A stretch of DNA of 64,000 nucleotides, taken from NCBI RefSeq assembly GCF_009914755.1, contig NC_060934.1; one strand, written 5' to 3'. Shown one piece after another: positions 53,569 to 64,000 of the stretch (the stretch's first letter is position 1; every line of letters begins with the position of its first letter). The notes beneath the pieces are model-generated. The model worked only from the letters and a program-made list of their open reading frames with translations, had not been told where the DNA came from and did not search any database. Source of the DNA: the human T2T-CHM13v2.0 reference genome, Homo sapiens. Both the position numbers and the translations under genes were made by a program.

Positions 53569-53915
53569 CGGCCCCCAAACGCAGGGAGTCCAGCAGGGAG
53601 CACTCAGCCCCCAAACTCACGGCGTCCAGCCGGGAGCACTCCGCCCCCAAACGCACGGCGTCCAGCGGGGAGCACTCGGCCCCCAAACTGGCAGAGTCCA
53701 GCGGGGAGCACTCCACCCCCAAACGCACGGCGTCCAGCGGGGAGCACTCGGCCCCCAAACGCACGGCGTCCAGCGGGGAGCACTCGGCCCCCAAACGCAC
53801 AGAGTCCAGCGGGGAGCACTCGGCCCCCAAACTCATGGCGTCCAGCGGGGAGCACTCGGCCCCCAAACTCATGGTGTCCAGCAGGGAGCACTCGGCCCCC
53901 AAACACACAGCGTCC
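53569..53915. repeat. 36-bp CpG-rich VNTR, ~9.6 copies (CGGCCCCCAAACGCACGGCGTCCAGCGGGGAGCACT)
   Basis: 36-nt period gives the 12-aa repeats seen in the ORF track. Confidence 0.96.
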
Positions 53916-54789
53916 GGCCCATGGCCACAGCCTCACGTTTCTCTTGGAGGAGCTACTGTGTCTCTTTCAAAACAGGAGGCTCAGAAACACAGCAAGGGCA
54001 AAAACCACCTGGAGACAGACTTTCACATCCGCAGCCCAAAACGCACACGGTGCAGCGAGGGCCGTTCTCTGGGGCGGCTGGAGCAGCCGGTGGGCATTTC
54101 CTCCCTTCAGCGCTGACCCCCACCTACTGGTGCCGGCCGTGTGTGCTGGGCTCAGCACTGCGGGTGCCCTGGGGCTGTGGAGCTGGCATCCGCGTCTCCT
54201 GCTGTTAAAACAAGTGTGGCTCCCAGAGTCAGCATGGACAGCACTGGTGTGGGTTCCTCCCCCGTCTGTCTGCACCGGTGAAGCCTGGACTCGTGTTTCC
54301 CTCCTCACTGCCCCACATGTGGTGTGGATTTTAGTTCCCGTGGATTTATTAAAATCAGTCAAGACCGTCCTCCTCATGGAGTCCGCCTGTGGTTCCCGCG
54401 TGAGGAGCGCCCCCGACGGACATCGAGTCTGACTGTGAACGGAGGCCGTGGAGGTGCCGGCCAGAGAGGAGTCTGCGTGAGCTGCACTCCAGCCAGGCGG
54501 GCATCGGGCTCGCAGGCACCCGCCTCCAGGTTCCTGGATGCGTCAGGGTACACAGACCTTTCCCAGGAGATTTTCTCGACATCAGCACCTCTGCAAATGG
54601 ATGGGGGTGAGAGGGCTGGATGGAGCCTGGCGCCGGTGACCTCCGGGGGCCGGACGAGGGCCCCATGGTGCAGGCCATGGGGGAACGTGGCCACCACCAT
54701 CCTCAGAAGCCAGGACCAGGTGCCCCGGCAGCAGAACACAGCTCCATGGGGACACCTGCGTTTACCAACCTCAACCTGCCCAGCCCGGT

Positions 54790-54945
54790 AGGTCCTTCCT
54801 TGATGATGGAATGTTCTAGACGCTGTCCACCGGGTAGCCAACAGCCACGTGTGGCTACTGAGCTCTGGAAACATGGCCCACGTGACTGAGGACCTGATGT
54901 TTTAATTTCACTGCACTTTAGGCAGCCACGGCAGCCTGCAGCTCA
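54790..54945. mobile_element. MER3-like hAT-Charlie MITE fragment
   Basis: gatgatggaatgttcta...gtagccaacagccacgtgtggctactgagc...gtgactgagga...ttttaattt. Confidence 0.7.
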
Positions 54946-55543
54946 GTGTGGGAGGCAGGGTCGCACTTGGCTGGGTGGCAGCGGGGTCCGGAGGGCTTGG
55001 GGAACCTGGCTTAGTGGCCGAGGTTCTGCAGAGGCCTGGTCTTTACGCAGCTGGGACACTGCCCACACTGCCGTAGCGGGGAGCCTGGCCCTCCGTGGCA
55101 CCGCCACGGCCGCTGCTGAACCCGTGCGTGGGAGAAGACAGCACAGGGACCCCGTCTCCATGGAACCACCAGATAGAGCGGATTCAAGTAGTTAAATAGA
55201 AATGTCGCCTGCAGTTTTTTATTTTGCAAAAAACATTCAAAAATAAACCCTGTCAATAGCAGAGTCACTGGCGGCTGACAAGGCGAGGGGGTGGCTGTGT
55301 GGATCTGAGCCAACCGCACTTCACAAAAGGAAGCCTGGTGGACCGGCTCGCGGATGAGCCCCTCGGGGCGGTCGCTTCGGGCCCTGGGCACGTGAACCCC
55401 TCACAGGAGGCTGCGGGCCGAGGGCTGCCGCGCCTCTCACCTCTGCCCCCAGCCAGGTGCCCCTGCCCCGTGGCACCTCACAGTCCCCCTGAAGACCTGC
55501 TGCTCAAGGCCCAGCTCCCATGGACCCCCAAGACTTCCCAGAC

Positions 55544-55620
55544 CCCTCACCCCAGAACCACCACCCTCCTCACCCCCAGAATCACCACCCTCCTCACCCC
55601 CAGAATCACCACCCTCCTCA
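55544..55620. repeat. 24-bp tandem repeat, ~3 copies
   Basis: Unit CCTCACCCCCAGAATCACCACCCT. Confidence 0.85.
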
Positions 55621-56261
55621 GTACTGGGCCAAGCCCCACGGGTGCAGGAGGAGGCTGTATCTGCCCCTGTACCCCTAGAGGGAAGGGCCGTCTCTGGGGT
55701 CACTGCCCTGGCAGCCCATCCTCAGGGCGCCCCTCCTCCAGCCTCTACGCCCATGTGCCTGTCCCGTAGGACAGAAGGAGTGCTCAGACGAGGGCTGCCC
55801 GGCCAGGCGTGGGAGGCATCCTGGGACAACGCGGCGCCCTCTCCCTGAATGTAGAGTCCCGTCCAGGGAGGCGCTCAGCCCCAGCTGCTGTCTGTGCATG
55901 AAGCAGTGCCCGGCGGCCCTCGCCCCCAGCTCCTGTGATCAGGACCTGCCCGTCTGGCCTCAGTCCTGCTTCCCTCATGGCGACAGCCCTGGGGATGAGG
56001 TCCCCGGCTCCATCTCGCAGGCAGGAACTCAGACTCTGGGCAGGTTCTGGAGAATCACACCCGGGCGTGCACTCACATTTACACTCAACGCTCATGCTCT
56101 ATGGAGCACCCAAGGGCTGGGGCAAACGCTGCGGCCGCCGCCCAGCAAACCACGATGGTCCAGCCAGTGGGTTCCCGGGAGGAGGGTTTTTGGGGGGCTC
56201 GTCTGCACAGGCCAGCTGGAATCCGCATCATTGGGCTTCTTTAAGTTTAAAAGAAAGGCAA

Positions 56262-56465
56262 GGCTGGTGCAGTGGCTCACGCCTGTAATCCCAGCACTTT
56301 GGGAGGCTGAGATGGGAGAAATGCTTGAACCCAGGGAGTTGGAGGTTGCAGTGAGTTGTGATCGCGCCACTGCACTCCCACCTGGGCAGCAGAGCGAATC
56401 GGGCCACCGCACTCCAGCCCGAGTGACAGCAAGACCTCATCTCAAAAAATAAAAAATAAAATAAA
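56262..56465 (+). mobile_element. Monomeric or internally deleted Alu with duplicated 3' segment
   Basis: Alu 5' end joined to a right-arm end; gccac.gcactcc occurs twice; A-rich tail. Confidence 0.85.
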
Positions 56466-56492
56466 ATTAAAAAGTCAATAAAAATAAAAAAC

Positions 56493-56810
<318 letters not shown>

Positions 56811-57258
56811 AGGCAGACACCTGAAGACACACGGGATGCACGTTGGGGAGGTCCCGCTGCCACCCCCTGCCCCCAGCCCCGCCCACAATGTGCACTTGGG
56901 GGCCCAGAGGTGGCACAGCCCTGCCTGCTTGGGCAGGAGGGCCTGGTGCTGACTTGGTGGGGCCTGGTTCCCCTGAGCATCCCCCACAAGGGCCTGACTG
57001 TGGGTGAGGGGCGCAGGGAGCAGTCGGCCCCAAGCTGGGCACTGCCCTGTGAGCCTGGGGGCAGCCCAGGGCCCCCCAGACCACACTGCCCAGGCCGGGG
57101 CTGGCCTCGCTGGCTGAGTGGGCCTCTGTCTCCATGGGACCCTGCCCTGCAGCTGATCTCCAAGGCCAAGGAGGCCCCAGTGGGGTGGGGCCTGGCCCTG
57201 GATGTGGCTGACGTGTGTTGGGGCTGCCTGGGGCTTAGGCGCTGTGTTTCGTCCCCAG

Positions 57259-57352
57259 GAGCTGGAACAGCAGCTCATGATGGAGAAAAGAAACTACCGC
57301 AAGACCCTGAAGTTCTACCAGAAACTCTTACAGAAGGAAAAGAGGAACAAAG
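57259..57352 (+). CDS. KNDC1: KNDC1 exon 18 (coiled coil, ELEQQLMMEKRNYRKTLKFYQKLLQKEKRNK)
   Basis: ccccag|GAG acceptor; AAG|gtaagg donor; 94 nt. Confidence 0.94.
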
Positions 57353-57429
57353 GTAAGGCCCCTGTGGGCACAGGTCCGAGACCCCGGCTGCAGGCAGCCC
57401 GGCCCCCACCCACTCTGCTCCACCCACAG

Positions 57430-57527
57430 GTTCCGACGTCAAGACCATGCTGTCCAAGCTGAAAGGGCAGCTAGAAGAAATGAAATCCAGGGTGCAATTC
57501 CTCAGCTTGGTCAAGAAGTATCTGCAG
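57430..57527 (+). CDS. KNDC1: KNDC1 exon 19 (GSDVKTMLSKLKGQLEEMKSRVQFLSLVKKYLQ)
   Basis: cccacag acceptor; non-canonical donor CAG|gcaagt; 98 nt restores phase 0 for exon 20. Confidence 0.9.
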
Positions 57528-57710
57528 GCAAGTGGGCTCCGGGCCCCGCTCTGCCCCGTGAGGCAGTAGCTTCAGACGGGCCTCCCACTGTTGGATGCTG
57601 TAAATCTGTCCGTGTGAAGTTATAAAAGGGGCCCTGATTTGAGGGTCCAATGCCAGGAAGCCCTGGGGCGAGGGGCAGAGTGACCAAGCGCCCGTGTCCC
57701 GCTCCGGCAG

Positions 57711-57925
57711 GTCATGTACGCGGAACGCTGGGGCCTGGAGCCCTGCACCCTCCCAGTGATCGTGAACATCGCGGCCGCACCCTGCGACACGCTGGACTTC
57801 AGCCCCCTGGACGAGTCCTCCTCGCTCATCTTCTACAACGTCAACAAGCACCCGGGCGGCCGGCAGAAGGCCCGCATCCTGCAGGCCGGCACGCCGCTGG
57901 GGCTCATGGCCTACCTGTACTCCAG
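57711..57925 (+). CDS. KNDC1: KNDC1 exon 20 (VMYAERWGLEP...ILQAGTPLGLMAYLYS; REM domain start)
   Basis: ggcag|GTC acceptor; CAG|gtgcgt donor; 215 nt; AGT-P motif typical of RasGEF REM domains. Confidence 0.94.
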
Positions 57926-58774
57926 GTGCGTTGGGAGAAAAGCTCACCCGGAAAAGGAGACGTAGCCCGGGGTGCTGAGAAGAGGGGGGGAACGTGCCCT
58001 CGCCAGTCAGCTAGGCTGGGTTTGCACTTTTTAGTTTAGAGAAATGTTTAATCGGGGTTTAGGCCAATGTGCACTAGGTGCCACCGGCAGCTTTGCAGAG
58101 CCCTGGCCAGAGTGGCCTCCGCCGCCTGTGGGCCTGGGCACCAGGTCTCAGGGTGCGCCTGGTGGTCCCCGGAGGTGCTGCGGAACCGCCCTACATAATT
58201 AACACACGGAATGCCTTCCAAAAATAACACGCACAGGCAGCTCGGCGATGTGGCCTGGACTCCATCCAACTCACCGAGTCAGAACACCCGGGGTAATTAG
58301 CTCCAGGGACGGGTGAGGCTGGGGTGTTTCTGCAGCCCCCTCCACTCGGTGTGCACACTGGCTCAGGAGACCCCTGATCCGTAAACGCTGGTGTGCGTAC
58401 GTACGCCTGCAGCAGGGAGGAGCCGCCGGGCCCACTCACCTCCACCAGGGCCACAGGGCCAGACCCCCGGCCGCCCCACCAGCCCCCTTGGCCCTTCACC
58501 CACTCTGGCCTGCATGGGCCCCTGGGCTGCACCCTGTTCTCAGGCACTGGGAGCTGCAGCAGGCTCTGGACCCACTGGTCTGACCAGCTCCCAGAGAGGC
58601 CACCCTGCCAGTGACTGGGGCCAACCCCATGTTGGCTTATGGGACCCTTATGACACCACCTTGGAGCCCCAAGGGTCCTCTCTGAGCAGAGGCCATGGGG
58701 CCCAGCAAAGGACGCCAAGGAGGACAGCAGGGAGCCAGGGCTCTCAGCAGCCAGTGGGGACAGGCAGGCCCCCA

Positions 58775-59007
58775 GAGAGGGATGGTGGCCACCCCCAACC
58801 CCGTTACCCCAAGGACCCTCTAGAGAGGGACGTGGCCCCCCCAACCCCGTTACCCCAAGGACCCTCTAGAGAGGGACGTGGCCCCCCCAACCCCGTTACC
58901 CCAAGGACCCTCTAGAAAGGGACGTGGCCCCTTCCCCCCGACCCCGTTACCCCAAGGACCCTCTAGAGAGGGACGGTGGCCCCACCTCCGACCCCGTTCT
59001 CCCAAGG
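58775..59007. repeat. 46-51-bp minisatellite, ~4.7 copies
   Basis: Core CCCCGTTACCCCAAGGACCCTCTAGAGAGGGACGTGGCC; CCGTT at 58801, 58847, 58893, 58944, 58994. Confidence 0.93.
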
Positions 59008-59149
59008 TGAGCTGCCCCTGGTCACATGGGGCCACCTACTAGCCAGGGGTCCAGGCTGACCCTCGGACCTAGTTCTCAGCCTCCTCAACTGCAAGACAGA
59101 CACAGCCCACGCCCACCGCAGGGTCTCTGTGCCGTTGCGGGAGACGTCC

Positions 59150-60040
59150 GTGTGCGTGACTGGGCACGTGTGCAGTGTGGTGCGTTCTTGGTGTGTGTGC
59201 ATGTGTGGTGTGTCCGGGTAATGTGTGATGTGCTTTGTTGTGCATGTGTAGTACACAAATGTGATGTGTATTTAGGCTTGTATGGAGTGTGTGATGTGTG
59301 TGGTGTGTGTATGTGCTGATGGGATACTGTCTGGCATGTAAGCACACGCATGTGTGGCGTGGGGTATAATGTGACATGTGTGCACGTGTGTGGTGTGTGG
59401 TTGTGGGATATCGTGTGGTGTAGTAGGTACGTGTGCGGTTGTGAGGTATAGTGTGATGTGTGTGCATGTGTGGGGTGATGTGTGGCTTGCGTGCCCATGT
59501 ATGGTGTGTGATGTGGAGTATTGTGTGGCGTGTGTGGTGTGTGGTTGGGTATTGCGTGGCAGGTGTGCATGTGTGTATGGCATGGGGTGTAGTGTGGCGT
59601 GTACACGTGTGTGGTTGGGTTTTGTGTGGTGCGTATGCACATGTGTGGTGTGTGGTATGCGGTAGTGTGTGTGTGGTGTGTGGTGTGGAGTATAGTGTGT
59701 GTGGTGTGGGGTACAGTGTGTGTGTGCACGTGTGTGCTGTGCGGTGTGGGGTATAGTGTGTGCACATGTGGCGTGAGGTATAGTGTGGCATGTGTGCACA
59801 TGTGTGATCTGTGGTGTGTGGCGGGTATAGTGTGTGTGCACGTATGTGTGGTGTGGGGTATAGTGTGGCTTGTGTGCGCGTGTGTGGTGTGCGCGTCTGG
59901 TTGTGGAGTTCTGTGTGGCTTTGTGCATGTGTGTGGTGTGCGCGTCTGGTTGTCGAGTTCTGTGTGGCTTTGTCCACGTGTGTGGCGTGCGTGTCTGTGG
60001 TTGTACAGTTTGTGGCTTGCATGCCGTGAGTGTGAGTGCT
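59150..60040. repeat. TG/GTG-rich degenerate simple repeat
   Basis: Direct inspection. Confidence 0.92.
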
Positions 60041-60505
60041 GTGCTTCCATGGAAGGAGCGTCTCCTGGCCGTGATGTGGTCACGAGGGGCTTCCCCGCTC
60101 TGTGGACCTGGTGGGCGTCACCTTTGCAGGGCAGCCTGGGGCTGGGGCTGTGGCCACCTGTGTCCTCGGACCCCAGGTGAGTGGGTGACCAGGCCCCTTG
60201 TTCCAGGGCCACGCCATCTCCTGCCTGAGACTCCTCCAGGGTGGGAGGAGGCCTTGCCAGGCCTCCGCTTCCTGACCGTGGCCGTCGGGCTCCCAGGACA
60301 GTCCCAGACCTGCAGGCGGGGCCCTGGTCAGTGTCTCCTGAGGGTGGCCCGGTTTCACCCAGTGAAGACCCAGAACCTTTGAGCGTGCAGCATTGCGCCC
60401 GGTCCCGAGGCACCAGCTCCCTCAGCTTCCCGAGCTAACGGGTCCTGCGAGTGGAGACGTCACAAAGCCCTGCATAGGGCTGCATTCAGAAAGGCCCCGG
60501 TGTTC

Positions 60506-60789
60506 AGCAGGGCACGGTGGCTCACGCCTGTCATTCCAGCACTTTGGGTGGCCGAGGCAGGCAGATCACCTGAGGTCAGGAGTTCGAGACCAGCCTGGGA
60601 AACATGGTGAAACCCCATCTCTACTAAAACACAAAAATCAGCCGGGCATGGTAGGCGCCTGTAGTCCCAGCTATTCGGGAGGCTGAGGCAGGAAAATTGC
60701 TTGAACCTGGGAGGCGGAGATCACACCATTGCACTCCAGCCTGGGCGACAAGAGCGAAACTCTGCCAAAAAAAAAAAAAAAAAAAAAAA
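60506..60789 (+). mobile_element. Alu (AluS-like), short right-arm deletion, long pure poly(A), TSD
   Basis: Flanked by AAAGGCCCCGGTGTT / AAAGGCCCTGGTGCT. Confidence 0.94.
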
Positions 60790-61010
60790 GGCCCTGGTGC
60801 TGGAAGGCTGGAAGTAGTTGGGAATTTCAAATGAAATTTGAAATTTGAGGGTTATCCATGTCCCCCCTTTAATTTCTCCGGGGATTCTCCTGACAGTGAT
60901 ACTCAAAGAAAACGCACACACACATACAGTCACACCCCACCACCGAACACTAGCCGAGCCCTGGGGTGCGGCCACCCCACCACCTCACCGCCGCCCGCCC
61001 CGCCCCACAG

Positions 61011-61124
61011 TGATGCCTTCCTGGAGGGTTATGTGCAGCAATTCCTCTACACCTTCCGCTACTTCTGCACACCCCACGACTTCCTGCACTTCCTCCTCGA
61101 CCGCATCAACAGCACGCTGACCAG
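61011..61124 (+). CDS. KNDC1: KNDC1 exon 21 (REM domain, YVQQFLYTFRYFCTPHDFLHFLL)
   Basis: ccacag acceptor; CAG|gtacca donor; 114 nt; FLxTF/YRxFxTP REM signature. Confidence 0.95.
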
Positions 61125-61821
61125 GTACCAAGCTCCACAGCTCCACGCCCGCCAGAGCTTCCCCCTGGGGCAGGGTGGGCGCCCATGGGCCTGGTTTAGC
61201 CACCATGAAGAACGAGGTGGTCCCTGGCGACCCAAGGGGGTGAGGGGCCAGGGAAGCCTGGCTGGAGGTCCGGCTGGAGGTGGGGGACACACAGGGATGC
61301 GGAGAAAGCAGCTGGGGCAGGAGGGCGGTGGCCTGGGCACCTGGGAGCTCTGGGAGGGGACCTGGGGGAGTCGGGGTCTCTTCCTGCTGACCTGGGAGGA
61401 AAGCGGAGGGCAGGTGGGCAGGCAGTGAAAGCCAGAAGGTCAGCTGGGGGAAGGGGAAGCACCAAGCAGAGGGTCCTACCGGCCGCCAGCCTCCCTCGGT
61501 ACCCATGGCCAGCACCTGGTGTCAGGAGAGGGGTGGTGGGCTGAGGGGGGAGGGGCTCTGCCTCTCTCTGGGCTGATCTGCTGCCCCCCCAGGACACTCC
61601 ACGCACCCCCTTGCCCCCACACGCCCAGGCTGGGCACCTCCCTGGCACCTCAGCTCCTGCCTCGGGGGAGGGACCCACGGAAGACCCCCAGCCCCCTAAG
61701 CCCCCTGCACACATGGAGCCTGGTCCCACCCTGCCTCTCTGGGAGAGCCACATGCAAGCCCCTGGGCCTCTGCCCCCGACTCCCACATCCTGGCAGCTCA
61801 GCAGCTCCCCTGCGTCTCCAG

Positions 61822-61969
61822 GGCCCACCAGGACCCCACCTCGACCTTCACCAAGATCTACAGGCGGAGCCTCTGCGTCCTGCAGGCCTGGGTGGAGGAC
61901 TGCTACGCTGTGGACTTCCCTCGGAACAGCGGGCTGCTGGGGAAGCTAGAGGACTTCATCTCCTCCAAG
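61822..61969 (+). CDS. KNDC1: KNDC1 exon 22 (REM domain, ...VLQAWVEDCYAVDF...)
   Basis: ctccag acceptor; AAG|gtgaca donor; 148 nt, phase 2-0. Confidence 0.93.
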
Positions 61970-62078
61970 GTGACAGTGGCGCTGAGCTGGGCGGCCGCAC
62001 CCGGGGCTCCCACAGTGGGAGGTGCCGTCCTCCTCCAGAAGGTGGCAGTGACCCCCCCACCACTGTGCTTCTGCCTAG

Positions 62079-62258
62079 ATCCTACCCCTGGACGGCTCTG
62101 CCAAGCACCTGCTGGGCCTCCTGGAGGTGGGCATGGACCGGCGGGCCGAGGGCAACCCTCGCGGCACAGACCTGGAGAACCCCAGGGAGGCCGAGGAGGA
62201 TGCCAGACCCTTCAACGCCCTCTGTAAGAGGCTCTCAGAGGACGGCATCTCCAGGAAG
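62079..62258 (+). CDS. KNDC1: KNDC1 exon 23 (ILPLDGSAKHLLGLLEVG...GISRK)
   Basis: cctag|ATC acceptor; AAG|gtgggg donor; 180 nt. Confidence 0.91.
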
Positions 62259-62329
62259 GTGGGGTCCTTTCTCAGGGGAGGTCCTCCCTGGACAGGCGGA
62301 TGTGGGTCCCTGAGCCCAGCCTCAAAGAC

Positions 62330-62730
62330 ACAACTGGTGCATGCACACACATACACACAAGTGCAAATGGGCACAGCTGTATACATGCATACACATAGAC
62401 GTGTGCACATACACTTGTGTGCACATACATACCTGTGCACATCACACACATCCACACGTGCACATATGCATGCACCTTCACACAATCCACACGTGCACAT
62501 GCGTGCACACTCAAGCCACACGTGCACACGCACGTGCACCTTCACACAGCCATACATGCACTCGTGTGCACCCTCACACATATCCACACCTACACGTGTG
62601 CACCCTCACACATATCCACACCTACACGTGTGCACCCTCACGCAATCCACACATGCACACACGTGCACCCGCACACGCATCCACACACACACGCATGCAC
62701 CCTCACATCCACACGTGCACACTCACATAC
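62330..62730. repeat. CA/CACGTG-rich degenerate simple repeat
   Basis: Direct inspection. Confidence 0.9.
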
Positions 62731-63115
62731 CCCCTCCATGTTCCCGGTCCCAGGCAGCCCTGCTGCGCTGGCACCTCCTGCACCATCCCGGGTGCTCAGG
62801 GGAGGAGGGTCCTGCTGTGACTCATTGACCCACGGGCCAGAGACTAAGGCAGAAGCCAGTGTGGGGAGAGAAATGCCCTCTCCATTAAACCTCAGCGTCC
62901 TGCCCGTGGGGCACCTGCTGAAACGACCAGGACAGGCATCCTTGTGCCAGCACAGCTGCGGGTGGGCAGGCTGCTCTCTGGCTCTGGCTGGGCCAGTCTG
63001 AGGAGTACTGGGCTTGCACCTGGCCTGGTCCTCACCCCCCAACCCTGCCTCCCTGGACCCCTGACCCAGAGGGGACACGGAGCTTAGGCCCCTCAGTGCC
63101 CGGCCTGCCCTGCAG

Positions 63116-63322
63116 AGCTTCCCCTGGAGGCTGCCCCGAGGCAACGGGCTGGTGCTGCCGCCACACAAGGAGCGCCCCTACACCATTGCTGCCGCCCTGC
63201 CCAAGCCCTGCTTCCTCGAGGACTTCTACGGCCCCTGCGCCAAGACCAGTGAGAAGGGGCCCTACTTCCTGACGGAGTACAGCACTCACCAGCTCTTCAG
63301 CCAGCTCACGCTGCTACAGCAG
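63116..63322 (+). CDS. KNDC1: KNDC1 exon 24 (SFPWRLPRG...LTEYSTHQLFSQLTLLQQ; start of CDC25 GEF domain)
   Basis: tgcag|AGC acceptor; CAG|gtgagg donor; 207 nt; QLTLL motif of the CDC25 domain start. Confidence 0.93.
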
Positions 63323-64000
63323 GTGAGGAGGGCGAGGATCTGCGCCCAGGTCACCTGCGAGTCGGGGCCCCAGAAACACTCCGCGCCCATAGGGCCCTCA
63401 GCGGCTGCTTCCAGAGGAACAGACGGGCAGAGAAGGGGCCAGCTGCCAGGTGCACAGGTTGGGGGTGGCTGCCAGGTGCACAGGTCCAGGCGGCTGCTGC
63501 CTCAATGGGAGGCCCCAGCAAAGCTGAGTCCTCCTCTCCAGACCACTGCCCGCTGGGCCTGGCCCTGCCTCTGCCCAGCACTCTGGCCTCACAGGCACTA
63601 GAGGATGCCCTGAGGGCCGCATGGGGCGCTGAGTCTCTCCCCCCAGCCCCTCCACCGGAGCTGGGCCAACCCGGTTCCTTGTGCCCCCACCCAGCTGCCA
63701 GGGCCCTGCCCAACTTCCTCTGCCGCCACCACAGCCAGCCCTCAGGTGGCCTCTTCCCAGGTCCCTGCCATCCCGGGAGCCCACATCATGTAGCAGGTGA
63801 CAGCAGTGATGCCAATCTAGTGATCCACCTGCTGTCACGAGGGCTGCCCCGGACACCATGAGCCCCTGGGGGCCAAGCACATGGGGAGCCCTGCAGCCGA
63901 CCCCTGTGGACTGTTAGATGGGTATTGAACCTGGGATTGCAGAGCTGGCCCCCCAGAAAACACCCACCCTCCCTGGGACCCTGCCTTGGACACAAGGCCC

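Noticed and set aside
53236-54432. 398-aa ORF with 12-aa repeats
   Set aside because: Open because of the 36-bp VNTR and GC content; non-ATG start; no homology recognised.
59069-60413. His/Thr-rich ORFs up to 442 aa (similar ones at 7254-7929, 27934-28737, 34267-35342, 62341-63001)
   Set aside because: Translations of TG/CA degenerate microsatellites.
62037-62073. Hairpin CAGAAG..CAGTG/CACTG..CTTCTG at the 3' end of intron 22 as a tailed mirtron
   Set aside because: The stem is about 11-13 bp with an internal loop, too short for a pre-miRNA.

Overview
Primate (almost certainly human) GC-rich, minisatellite-dense genomic DNA. It contains the promoter CpG island and coding exons 1-24 of KNDC1 (very-KIND: two KIND domains plus a RasGEF), on the + strand from ATG 11154 to the exon 24 donor at 63322; from memory the gene lies in distal 10q26.3. 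I joined the 24 exons by hand at their splice sites. All phases match and give one open frame of 1481 codons: KIND1, a low-complexity linker, KIND2, a Pro-rich region, a coiled coil, the REM domain and the start of the CDC25-type GEF domain. The gene continues past the window. The rest is L1, Alu, LTR and hAT fossils, many VNTRs and simple repeats. Nearly all ORFs in the supplied track are artefacts of GC content or repeats. I found no convincing new multi-gene system. The most notable non-obvious items are: (1) a 29-copy 37-bp VNTR about 4 kb upstream of the start codon, apparently born inside an old L1 3' end, forming a dense CRE (TGACGTCA/TGACG) array; (2) a decayed RPL34 processed pseudogene in intron 9, followed by two Alus that appear to have inserted at the same target site; (3) a GC-AG intron; (4) an intronic minisatellite stacking NF-kB, ETS and GC-box motifs; (5) a 5' uORF; (6) a possible GEF-less read-through isoform after exon 17. 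Repeat subfamily names and reference comparisons come from memory and were not checked against databases.
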